From Thelocarpon superellum (lineage: Eukaryota), in NCBI GenBank assembly GCA_026025795.1, contig JAPEUG010000077.1, positions 1-54,532 on the forward strand: DNA of 54,532 nucleotides. The letters run 5' to 3'. Position numbers and translations under genes: made by a program. This document shows positions 10,612 through 21,582 of this stretch, piece by piece. Within the stretch, counting starts at the first letter, position 1; each line of letters starts with the position of its first letter. Below the pieces are notes generated by a model. That model had not been told where the DNA came from. It saw only the letters and a list, made by a program, of their open reading frames with translations, and did no database searches.

Positions 10612-10973
10612 CCAGGCGGCCCAGGAAGAAGAAGAGGAAGAAGATAGAGGAGAGGGGAAAGGAGAAAGGGGAAAGGGAAAAGGAAAGGAAATGCGAAATC
10701 TGACTCGAGATGAAGCATGCATGCGTGCATACGTGGATCGATGGTAACGCATCCACGTACCTCCTCGAATCGAGTCTCGCCCAACTACTTCGTACCTACT
10801 TGCTTCTCTTTTCTCAGCTACTTCTTCCCAGCTTGCTTGAAGCTAGACGACTGCAATGCTCATCTGTACACACAAGTGTCCAAGGCGCTCCCCGACTCCG
10901 TAGATACTGACATGGGAACTACGCCGCGCCACACCACGCCATACCACCTCAACGAATGAAGAAGGAAACACGC

Positions 10974-12435
10974 CTACCGCCTTCCCACCCTCTCCAACGC
11001 AGCTCTTGCATTGTTCATTCCCTCTTGAAACCCCAGCGCCTTCGCCAGACTCTCCGCCTCGACGTACTGCGCCCGCGCCGCGGCAACGTCGCCCTGCATC
11101 TCCGCGAACTCGCCCAGATTATGCGTCGCCACGGCACAGCCGAGATCGCAATCGGGCGTGCGGTCGGGCGGGGCGATCTTGGCCGCGCGCTCGATCGCCT
11201 TGCGCGCCCATGTTTGGCCCGACTCGATCAGGTTGGTGCGGTTCGCCGGGGGCGTGTAGGCTGATAACGAGCTTGGGGGGACTTGTTGCGCTAGGGATGT
11301 GGAGAGGTTGTTCACTGTTCATCTGATGTGAGCAAGGGGAGAAACGAAGGGTGGAAAGCGAGGGTGGTATACTTAGGATCACAGAGTGGCATTCGTTAGG
11401 GGGTGCGAGCGTGAGCGCCTGTAGGTAGAGCGGTGCCGCGAGGTAATGCTGGTCTTTGGCCTCGTAGTTATTTGCGAGGGCTGGATTCAACTCCTGGTCA
11501 GAAACGAGCGGGTGGTGTGCTTGGACTGGTATAAGGATGGGATGCGAACCTTCCAGAGCGCCGCCCACCTCCTCATTCGACATCCATTCCCCCTCTCCTT
11601 CCCTTACGCCCTCCACTTCCCGGCGCTTGCGCTCCTTGAGCACGGTTTCGACCGCCCAAATCAACCGCTCCTCCGCCAGCTCGGGCTCTTTAATGTATGG
11701 ATTGGCGTAGAGATCGGCCAGCTTGACGCTCATGCCGACCAGCTTGCTCAAGACACGCGTTCGCTGGCCCTCATTGCCCTCGATGCCTCCTCGCTCCTCG
11801 AGCCAGCCGAGACAGTCGCCTCGCACCAGCTCGAGCACCTCAATCGCCTTCTTGTACTGCTGGATCTTCTCCACGAATGCGGCCAGCTGGATCTTGATCC
11901 CAATCACCTCGTCCGAGAAAGGGTCCATCCCTAGTCGATTCGCCTCTTCCAGCGCCTCGCGGTAGTACCGCACCGCGTCTTTTGGCGAGGGTGCGATGTT
12001 GGAGTAGTACAGGGCTCGACGTAACTTGACCGCCACGGGCTCGGGGAAGGCGCTGAATTGGTCGACGATGTAGTGTTTGTAGATGTAATTGGAGTATAGG
12101 ATACCTCCCGCGCCGAAGATGATGCTGCCGTGCCATGTCAGCGACCTTAGAGATGCAAGAGCCGTGCCATGCATGCTTCACCTCATAGTGGCAACGGCCA
12201 TGGAGAATGGATGTTTCTTGAAAAGTATCCGGGCGGCCTCCGTGCTCGAGTATTGGCGCCGGGAGCTCATCCGTATTCGAGGTCGTGCCGGAGGGATTGG
12301 CACCGGAGGCAATCGCGGCCGACGATGGGTCAAAGTGGGAGTCAATGTGCTGGCTGATCGCCGACATGGCACCGCAAATCCTCTGCTCAGCAGCTTAACG
12401 GACAATCTGCCGGGCAAAGCCATCATCTTCTCCAT
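10974..12435 (-). CDS. Mitochondrial TPR protein, Mgr3-like (i-AAA protease adaptor)
   Basis: Arg/Ser-rich presequence, one TM segment, then FPEPVAVKLRRALYY, GMDPFSDEVIGIKI, LIWAVETVLKE, YLAAPLYLQAL, MNNL, CAVATHNLGEFAEM. Four exons with canonical splice sites. The start could be any of the ATGs at 12435, 12426 or 12423. Confidence 0.8.
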
Positions 12436-12650
12436 GATGGCGTCTGTCCAAGAGGGGAGAGAAAAGAGAAATTGTCGAGAGCTGCATGAAGCTTCGCAGT
12501 GGAAGCGAGCTAGGCTCAGCTGAATTTCCGGATGTCCCCCCTCCAATGACGTATCATATGGGCAGCACTCAAGCCCCGAGAGAACAGTAATCGCTCAACT
12601 CCAAGCTTGTTGCTTCCATCATCCCAATCATACATTTCAAACGCTCCACC

Positions 12651-14026
12651 ATGTGTGGAAGATATGCACTGGCTCTGGTGAGTTCTCGTCCCTCGCCGGC
12701 ACCACCACGGCTCAGGCTAATGCTACCGAAGCGGCCGTGGGAGATCCGGAGGTTGCTAGAGGAATCGGACATGCCCGTCGATGAGATGCCCGAGGACGAG
12801 CGTACCCGAGACAGCTACAATGTCGCTCCAGGCTATTACGAACCCGTCTACAGAGCAGATGTTCCCGACCGGGGGGCGGGGGAACGATCGCATGGGTCGG
12901 GTGAGCAGGACGAGGAACATCCTCCGGAGGACCGCGGCGAAGCATCGGACGGAGCCAAATCAACCAAGTACAAGCTACAGTCGATGAAATGGGGTATGTC
13001 TCGACGGTCTGCTCCGATTCGGCGAGTAACGAGTAATCAGGGCTGGTGCCGTTCTGGACGAAGCGGAATCCTGACTACGGCTCCTTGATGAAGACGATCA
13101 ACTGTCGAGACGACTCCCTGCTCGAGGATCGTGGCATGTGGACGAGTATGAAGAAGAAGAAACGGTGCATCGTCGTCTGCCAGGGCTTCTACGAGTGGCT
13201 GAAGAAGAATGGGGGCAAGGAGAAGATTCCCCATTTCGTGCAGCGCAAGGATAGGAAGTTGATGTGCTTTGCCGCTCTCTGGGACTGTGCCCAGTTCGAA
13301 GGTACGATGCCGTCTCCTCTCCACAATGGCGACCTCAGCTGCTGATGACGTGAAGACTCGGAAGAGAAGCTGTACACCTACGCCATCATCACCACCTCAT
13401 CCAACAAGCAAATGGAGTTCCTGCATGACCGCATGCCCGTCATCCTGGAGAATGGGTCGGACAACCTCCGCACGTGGCTTGATCCAGGGCGCTCGCAATG
13501 GTCCAAGGAGCTACAGTCAATGCTCAAGCCATCCAGCGTGGACCTCGACATCTATCCCGTCAGTAAGGAGGTCGGTAAGGTCGGTAACAATTCTCCCACC
13601 TTCATCGTCCCCGTATCGAGCGCGGAGAACAAGAACAACATTGCCAATTTCTTTGCCAATGCTGGCGACCAGTCGACCAAGATCGAAAAGAGCAAGGATG
13701 CGGCGATCAAGCTGGAATCTACACAAGCCAAGCCGGGGAAGCTCCCGGATGAGGACCGAGCAACCGTCGACCAGAGCAGCACCGAAGACAATGCCCCGCT
13801 ACCCGTCCCCGTAGAAGGGCTCAAGACCGGGGTGAAGCGGGAGCGCCCCGATGCCGACGACGGACTCATCACTGCGTCGGAACAGACGATGGACAAGCCG
13901 ACGTCACCGGCGAGCAAGAAGATGCGCAGCGCCACGAGCAACCACGCCGCTCATAGGCTCCTCAGCACCAGTCCGAGGAAAGTGGACCATGGCAATCGCA
14001 AGATCACGCAATTCTTCGGCTCATGA
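12651..14026 (+). CDS. SRAP/HMCES (DUF159) abasic-site-protecting protein
   Basis: Starts MCGRY (catalytic Cys2). Motifs SYNVAPG, MKWGLVPFW, TINCRDD, RCIVVCQGFYEW, FLHDRMPVIL, YPVSKEVGKVGNNSP. C-terminal RKITQFF is PIP-like. Three introns. Confidence 0.93.
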
Positions 14027-14369
14027 AGCGACGGGCTGTCCATCATGAAAGATTAAAGGCGTTGACGGCGGGAAACGGTTTTTGGTGGTGGGGTATACCG
14101 GCTCCTGACCATATGTTTGGCTGATTATACCATTCTGGAGCTTCGTGGAGCCTTTCGTCACGCGTTGCAAGCTGCATCTTCCCCTAGCCTTTCGGTAGCG
14201 TGTGCCGGAAAACGGGACGTCGGCTGTGCAAATGGTGCCTGTAGCCTGGGGAGCATTCCGGACTTCGTCCCTGATCAGCCTCGGGATTGTATGGCGTAGC
14301 CGGCATGTCACAAGGTTGGCCGACTCAGGGGTCGTCAAATGAAAGGCGAGGGTTGAAGCCGCCAGGTTT

Positions 14370-14399
14370 GGGGGCGGGGGCGGGGGCGGGGCGCAGGGG
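14370..14399 (+). promoter_or_regulatory. (GGGGGC)n tract: predicted G-quadruplex and clustered SYGGRG-type sites
   Basis: GGGGG-C-GGGGG-C-GGGGG-C-GGGG-CGCA-GGGG lies in the intergenic region upstream of the fusion gene. Confidence 0.55.
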
Positions 14400-15472
14400 C
14401 ACGGTCTAGACGAGTCCTCGTGGGCGAGCGGCCGCGCCAGGCCCGCGGTTCACCGGTCTTTGCACCGGCCGTCCATCACCTCGCGAATCCACCATCCTCG
14501 TATCGATGGTCGCCAAGCGGCGTCGAACTCATGGCATCCTTGGTCATTCCATGTAGTTTAAGCACTTTGGGGATAAGTTTATCCCGTGTCGTGGGATGTG
14601 GTTCCGCTAGTCACCCACGGATGCGATGCGGTGAAGGCATGCGGCCTCGCAAACAATCCTCCCTGGTCCGCCTGTACCAGAGAAGCTGGAGCGAGCCTGG
14701 CATCTTTCGCTTGTCATCCACTGACGAACAAGCACCGAGTTTGAGGATGGACACATCCCGGTCCCGCAGGCGAGGACACTCACGTGATGGCCCAAGTGCC
14801 ACTGGAATGCTGCGGAAGCGTCATCGCAGCTTGCAGCTGGTCGCCCCGCGTTCAGAGTCCGGGGCGACGATTGGCCTGGCCGCGCTGCACGGCATTCTCC
14901 GCGACGGACGAAGATTGTGCGTCTGCCGTCGTCGCCGAGCTGCTATCATATGTCACACTCATCCGCGGGTTGATTCGTTGTCACGGAATCGAGGGCTCCT
15001 ACAGTCGCATGCTCGTCAGCGCAGCTGTCCGTTGCTCCGTGCGCCGACTCAATTCCCCTCTCTCGTCTCCATACGGGTCCTTCCTCTCCTCACATCCATT
15101 CCCTTCCCTCTTCCCGTCCCAGCTCTGCCTGTCATACGCCTTCTCTCCTCTGGCTCCGGCTCCGTCGACGTGCATGCTGTGCTCGTGAATCTGAATCAGC
15201 GTCGCCCTTGACCCATGCAACGTCTCGTCATGACCATGTGACCCTCTCCGCAGAGCTGTCTCATCCGGAAGCCTCTCGCAGCATTCTCCATGCGAGTCTG
15301 CCATTGGTCTGGTTGAATTGACGTCAGACGGGCCACCGATACCGGGAGCCATCTGGGATATTCCAAGATCGTGACGGGGAAGCCAGGTCAGCACACAATC
15401 ACCCGCCACTCTTCCCTCAAACAGGCCGGCGGACAGTCCGAAGCTTGCCGGATCAAGAACCCACGGCTCACG

Positions 15473-18352
15473 ATGCTTCCTTTTCCCCTCCCGGACGGCC
15501 TTCCGCAATTTCAGATTCAGACTCGCCAGGCCTTGTTGGTCTTGGACCTGCAGAATGACTTTGTGTCCATGCACAGTCAGCTGTCCGTCAGCTTGCCCTA
15601 TGGATTCCTCGACCGCATTCACGACCTGATCCCCGCCTTTCGCGATGCCGGCGAGATCATCTGGGTCCGTAGCGAATTTGAAGCCGTGCGGACCGTCAAC
15701 GATCCCCGGGGTGAGGGTGAAAGCGTCATTACCGACCAGCAGTTGCCCGAGGAGCAGCGAGGGCGCAGCACCGCTGCGCCAGAGCCCATGACCGGTTTCA
15801 GTACCGGTTTCGATGAGGACTCCTTCCAAGACTTACCCGAAGGTATAAAGCCATCGCCGCGTGCCATGAATCTCTTTCGGCGCGCGGCCGCGCGATATGG
15901 AAGCCCCTTGGACCCAGATCACACCGCCCCAGCAGAGCCGGCTCCTAAAGCTGCGCCGGACCCGGACTGGGAGACGTTCCTGTCACTGTCGCCCGACGGG
16001 AGAGAGCCAACGTGCTGCAAGCCCAACACTTTTGGCGCCCAATTCGTCGACCTCGGCAGCCCGATGATTGATGAATCGCGCGACACCATCCTGACCAAGA
16101 CGCATTACTCCGCCTTCAGCAACCCCGAGCTCTTATCCTTTCTCCGCGAGAATCTCGTCACCGACTTGTTCGTCTGCGGCGTCACCTCCAACATCTCCGT
16201 CTATGCCACCGCCCTGGACGCCGCCCGTCATGGCTTGTCCATCACCCTGCTCGACGATTGCGTCGGCTATCGTGACCGGGCGCGACACGACGAGGCCATG
16301 AAGCAGATGACCGAGTACATGGGTGCCGATGTCATGCCGAGCACCGAGCTGATCCAGCTCCTAAATGGCAGCGCGGAGGACGCGTCGGAAGCGGCTGAGG
16401 ACGGGTCATCTGTAGGTAATGCCGTGGGCCGCGCCACTTTGGAACGGATCGTGGATGGAAGCGCGCTAAAGGCTAGCCCGCTGGGCGCTACCAGCACGGA
16501 TTCAGCGGCCTCACGCCCGTCCACGCTGCCCCCCAAAGGAGAGATTTCCAAGGCACTTGAGCAAGCGAGACGCTTGGCTGCGGAGGCAAAAGACGCCAGG
16601 CCCAAGCAGCCTCTCGCGCTCGATGGGGCCTCGGATGGGCGTCCACATGCGCGTGCGGAGGTCGAGAAAGAGAGCATCAACAAGGAGATTGAGCACATAA
16701 GGAGCAGGATGGAGCGGCAGCTGGGTCTGGAGGAGTCCAAACGCGACCACAACCCCAAACAGATGTCCGTTTCGAACAATCCCACCCAGGACCAGCGCGC
16801 ATCCCAACGGGCATACGTCAACCGCCCCACGACGAGGGTGCGCCGCTCAACGCGGAGTCCGGCGCAGGCGACGCCTCCAGGACCCGACGGTACCTTCGGC
16901 CAGGGCGATGCGCGTCTTGTGAAGGATCTCCTCCCCGCGACCATGGTCGATGAGATCTTCGACCGAATCCAGACGGAGGTGCACTGGGAGACCATGTATC
17001 ATCGAGGTGGAGAGGTGCCGCGACTGGTGGCCGTCCAAGGCGTGATTGATTCGGATGGAAGCCGGCCGATTTACCGCCACCCAGCAGATGAATCGCCCCC
17101 GCTATCTGCCTTCACCGTGTCCGTGCTCGCCATTCGAAAGAGGGTGCAGGAAGTCACGCAGGAGCCCTTCAATCATGTCTTGATCCAGCGCTATCGCGAT
17201 GGCCAGGATCATATCTCGGAGCACTCGGACAAGACCTTGGACATCGTCAAGGGGTCCAGCATCGTGAATGTCAGTCTAGGCGCCCTGCGGACGATGGTGC
17301 TGCGAACCAAAAAATCCATGTCCCCGCCCAAGGAAGACCTGACCGACGCGCCTAGTCGTCAGGTACAGCGTATCGAGCTGCTTCACAATTCCCTTTTCGT
17401 CTTGGGACCCGAGACCAATCGACGTTGGTTGCATGGTATCAAGCCCGACAAGCGGACGATCCCGACGAAATCAGACGCCGAGCGAGCATTTGGCGGCGAA
17501 CGCATCTCCTTGACCTTTCGACACATTGGAACATTCACCGATGCCAAGTCGCGCCTGATTTGGGGGCAGGGTGCCATGGCGAAAAAGAAGACGCAAGCCT
17601 GTCGAGTGGTCAACGGCGACACGCCCGAAGCAGAGAATCTGATCGTGGCGTTCGGCCGCGAGAACCACTCGTATGATCTCGATTGGGACGATCTCTACGG
17701 CAAGGGATCCAACGTGCTGCACATCGCCACGCTGCGACCCAAGCTTTACCTCTCGGGCGATGAAATCATCGATATTCGGGTCATGCTCGTCCTGGCCGAG
17801 GCACTTGAGGAATGGGAGCTTGGTTCGCCGGTTCCGTCACGCCCTAGCGATAGAGGGTCCGCATCCACTTCGGCAGCCATTCGCTTCGTCGACATTGATG
17901 CCGAGCAGAGCGAGATCGAAGGCGACACGCCCATCCTCTTCTACGTCGAGACGTATTACCGGCAAGACGGCCGATTCGGCTCCATTCACAGCCGACGGGA
18001 GATTGCCACGGTCCTGACCCGGGTCGCCCACGCCCGTGAGGCGCATGCGGCGTGGCTTGAGTATGGCAAGGACGGCGATCAAGAAGTCTTCCTGCGAGAG
18101 ATGAGCCGGTGGGAAGACTTCGCCTCACGCAGCCGCTTCATCGCCGGCGAGACCTTTTCTGTGGCCGACTGCTCCTTCTGGCCCGTGCTGTCCTACATCA
18201 TCGAGTCCTGGCCCGGATGGTCTCGGGAGACCTATCCGAAGCTTCACGTCTACCACCAGCGCGTCATGTCCCGACCTACGGTCCAATCGGTTCTTCAGCA
18301 TCATGAGGCTCTCAGCGCTACGGTTCCTTCTTCTACCTCTTCGCAGGTGTAG
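15473..18352 (+). CDS. Isochorismatase-like hydrolase + AlkB-type 2OG-Fe(II) dioxygenase + GST C-terminal domain fusion
   Basis: Intronless ORF of about 959 aa from ATG 15473. ALLVLDLQNDF, KTHYSAF and CGVTSNISVYATALDA give a cysteine-hydrolase fold. HRGGEVPRLV, YRHPAD, HISEHSDKTLD, WLHGI and RISLTFR give AlkB HxD..H..RxxxxxR. FIAGETFSVADCSFWP...YPKLHVY gives GST_C. Confidence 0.9.
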   Translation: MLPFPLPDGLPQFQIQTRQALLVLDLQNDFVSMHSQLSVSLPYGFLDRIHDLIPAFRDAGEIIWVRSEFEAVRTVNDPRGEGESVITDQQLPEEQRGRSTAAPEPMTGFSTGFDEDSFQDLPEGIKPSPRAMNLFRRAAARYGSPLDPDHTAPAEPAPKAAPDPDWETFLSLSPDGREPTCCKPNTFGAQFVDLGSPMIDESRDTILTKTHYSAFSNPELLSFLRENLVTDLFVCGVTSNISVYATALDAARHGLSITLLDDCVGYRDRARHDEAMKQMTEYMGADVMPSTELIQLLNGSAEDASEAAEDGSSVGNAVGRATLERIVDGSALKASPLGATSTDSAASRPSTLPPKGEISKALEQARRLAAEAKDARPKQPLALDGASDGRPHARAEVEKESINKEIEHIRSRMERQLGLEESKRDHNPKQMSVSNNPTQDQRASQRAYVNRPTTRVRRSTRSPAQATPPGPDGTFGQGDARLVKDLLPATMVDEIFDRIQTEVHWETMYHRGGEVPRLVAVQGVIDSDGSRPIYRHPADESPPLSAFTVSVLAIRKRVQEVTQEPFNHVLIQRYRDGQDHISEHSDKTLDIVKGSSIVNVSLGALRTMVLRTKKSMSPPKEDLTDAPSRQVQRIELLHNSLFVLGPETNRRWLHGIKPDKRTIPTKSDAERAFGGERISLTFRHIGTFTDAKSRLIWGQGAMAKKKTQACRVVNGDTPEAENLIVAFGRENHSYDLDWDDLYGKGSNVLHIATLRPKLYLSGDEIIDIRVMLVLAEALEEWELGSPVPSRPSDRGSASTSAAIRFVDIDAEQSEIEGDTPILFYVETYYRQDGRFGSIHSRREIATVLTRVAHAREAHAAWLEYGKDGDQEVFLREMSRWEDFASRSRFIAGETFSVADCSFWPVLSYIIESWPGWSRETYPKLHVYHQRVMSRPTVQSVLQHHEALSATVPSSTSSQV

Positions 18353-18781
18353 ATCATACGACTGACGGACGACTTTCCGACCATGCATCCACACGAGCAG
18401 TAACGGCCACAATTTCATCCATTAACTCCTCACCCAGGCGAGACACAGACTGAACGGGTACAGCGCAGCGCAGCATAGCAAACGAGTCCAAACGCTTCCA
18501 GACGAACGCGATCACGAACTCGAACATGACGGTTCCCCCTTTGCTACCTCTTCGACCTCTTCTCTTCTTTCACTCACCTGCGTCCTTTCGTTTTCTTTCT
18601 TTCCACTTTACACCCGGAAGTTCCAACGTACAGGAGTCTAAGTGGACGGATGAACGGATGGACATGATGTACATAAGCTTCCATGGCCAACTATAGTAAC
18701 CACTAGGTAGTTGCATGAACATAGGATAAGAAAGGATACACCAGGTGTCATAATGTCGTGACAAGAATTGCATGTTATGTT

Positions 18782-19856
18782 TCACAACTTGGAAAATTTC
18801 GGCGTCGTCCGCTGCAACCCTGCTTTCATGGCGGTCATGACATCCGCAGATTGTAACATGGCGCTGTTCCATACGCCCGTATATTGGAGTCCTACCACGT
18901 CCCACGCGGTCATTAGCATCTTCATCTCGGGGTGGCACGGGCCATACCAGGAGGGGGAGAGAGAGAGAGAGAGGCAGAAGAAAACCCACCCTCGGCAACG
19001 GTATGATCCCTCGAATAATTCAACAACTCCTTCGTCCCCTGCACCGCGACGGGGGACTTCCCCGCAATGAGCGTCGCGATCTTGACGCCCTCCGCGAGGG
19101 CCGTCTCCTTGGTATCAAAGACCCCGCTCACGAAGCCGACACGCAGGGCCTCCTCTGCGCCAAAGATGCGCGCGCTAAGACACACGTCCTTCACCCAGCT
19201 ATAGGCGCCGACCACCTTGGGTAGACGCGACAGGGTGCCAATGTCCGCCGCAAGCCCGATGTCGACTTCTTTGACTGCGAAGGACGTCGTCGTCGTGCAG
19301 AGCCGGACGTCGGCGCAGCTGGAGATGTCGATCGCGAGACCGAGCGAGTACCCGTGCAGTACGCAGATAACGGCTAGGCGATGATATATTAGCGGGGCCC
19401 TTGAGGGTGCGAGGGGTAGAGCGAGGGAAAGGAAAAACGCACGCTTCTCGCACCGCTCCACGCTGGAAATGGCGTCCTGGAAATCGGCAATGTGTCGTCG
19501 AAAGACCGTGGCGACGCGTGCGCCGTCCGCGTCGCCGTCGCCGTCGGAAGAGAGGGTCAAGGGACCCGAGGTGCTCGAGGCCTGCACGTCGAGGCCGGCC
19601 GTGAAGGCTTTGGACCCGGCGGCTGTGAGGACGATGGCACGTACGGCCGGGTCGGTGGAGAGGGTGTCGAAGAGCGTGCGGAGCTCATACCACATCCTGT
19701 CTCATTCGTCAGGCCGATGCGAAGAGCACGGAGGGTAAGATCAACGTACGCTTCAATGAAGGCATTGAGCTTCTGCGGTCGGTTGATCTCCACCTGTGCA
19801 ACATATTCCGCTGGGAAGGTGACATTGAAATATTGGTATGTTTGGTATTCGAGCAT
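18782..19856 (-). CDS. Peroxisomal delta(3,5)-delta(2,4)-dienoyl-CoA isomerase (crotonase family, ECH1-like)
   Basis: Four exons. Motifs VEINRPQKLNAF, AFTAGLDV, LHGYSLGLAIDISSCADVR, VKEVDIGLAADIGTLSRLPK, KSPVAVQGTK. The spliced last exon ends PKFSKL* (PTS1). Confidence 0.93.
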
Positions 19857-20385
19857 GGTGAATGATTTGAACCCGACTCTCCCAATGCATCCGGGGCTCT
19901 CCACAGTCGTCGTGCCGGTTGAAGGATGGCCCCCGGGCTCCGGGCTTCGGGCTCCCTCCGCATTTATGAAGGTCGTTGGCGATTGCGCTAAGTGGGATGT
20001 CCCGCCGCTAAGGTACGGACCTCGGCCGACGGGTCAATGGCCCCAAATTCGCAGCTCCCTGCAAAAGGTACGAGGTATGTTACGGCAACGACGCGCCCAG
20101 CGATCAATGATGCTTGTCACGGGATAGCACTCAATTTGGAGACGTAATGAAGGATGGTCAGGGTAAAAGAACATTCCATTTGATCTGATCTTCTCATCTC
20201 AACGCCAGCCGCCGCAGTCCTTTGGTCGAGATCCACGTAGTCCCTCCTTGATCCTACCGGTACGAAGCGACCCGTCCAACCAGTACTCCCTTGACGTACC
20301 AGAACTCCCACTATCCGTAAACGCAGTAGACGAACGCATGTGCGTTGCCTATGCGGCGGCTCCCCGCCGTCACCCATTCCATCAT

Positions 20386-20716
20386 TCATTCCGTCTCCGA
20401 CTCGTCCACAACTACCTGCTGCGTCTCCTTCAATTCCTGCATTGCATCGTGATTAGCTACATCGCCTCTACAGGCAAATGCTCCTCTCACCAACTCCAGT
20501 CGTTCTTTCAGTTCCTTCAGTTTACTTTCCTTCACCACCAACGTCTGATCGTCCAAGTCTTCGACGATGTAATCATGATCTTTAGAGTCGATCTTGATGA
20601 TGATGGCTTTGATGGATGGATCACATTCTACCAGTACTCCTGCATTGGTCGTCAACAAACATGGTGTGATTCGACATCGGCGTTGCGGGCCCTGTACCCT
20701 TTACAGCCTTTGGCAT
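20386..20716 (-). CDS. TFB5: TFIIH subunit Tfb5/TTDA
   Basis: Three exons give MPKAVKG|VLVECDPSIKAIIIKIDSKDHDYIVEDLDDQTLVVKESKLKELKERLEL|ELKETQQVVVDESETE. Confidence 0.93.
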
Positions 20717-21582
20717 CTTGAACCGAACAAGACGATGGAGCGTAACGAGTGGGCGTGGTGGGAGATGACGGGATATGAATGGGTGCGACGGGGCGTGGGT
20801 GTGGTGAGTAGCGCCAGGTCGAAGTTATGCATGTCATGTGCTCTCACCAGTAAGTTCGATCACTCGTATTGGCGCCGACATGCAGCGGATCGTACAAGCT
20901 CTGCTTTGCTGACTCGCAAAACGGGTGGGATGGAATTTGAAGCCGACACTACTTCCCGCACGGATGAGTTTCGGCGCAGTGAAGTCGCTTCGGCGACTGT
21001 AAACTCCGACCGTGGGGCTTGTCCACTTCAGTGCTGGGTCCAGTCCAAGATGAAATGTAGCCGGGGCAATCCCTTCGGCATGATTGGCTGCGACCACAAC
21101 GTAGCCGGTCCATGGAAGTACGAAGTATGTTACTTCGTACTCAACGCGCTACTTTCTGGCGTGGGATGAGCTGTCGATCCCCCTCCACTCCAAGCACCGA
21201 CACGCGAGCACGGTCGGCAGCGACCCGGGACATCCGCCATTGCACTCACTTCATCTGGTGATGGGCCGGGATGTCATCAAGCTCTTATCGCAGGCGTCTT
21301 GGCGATGGGGCCTCTCTTAGGGTTCTGTAGCCGTATCCCACAGCTATGTAAGCGGCGTCTAGTGTCGCTCTCCGACGCCCGTTGACTTGACCACTTCCCT
21401 CTCCGTCGCTGTTGGCACGACGCTCATTCCTGCCTTTGGAATGAAGGCCGATCGTCCACCTCCTTCCGCTTCCTGTCTTGAAAGCTCTGACATCTTGATC
21501 CCTTGGGACTCGTCCACTTGCCAACATGTTCCATCCTCCTCGATAGCTCGGCGAAGCGCACAGAATTCGAGCGGTTGCAACG

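Noticed and set aside
14420..15211. 263-aa ORF upstream of the fusion gene
   Set aside because: GTG start, Arg/Ser-rich random-like composition and no motifs. Probably leader or promoter sequence.
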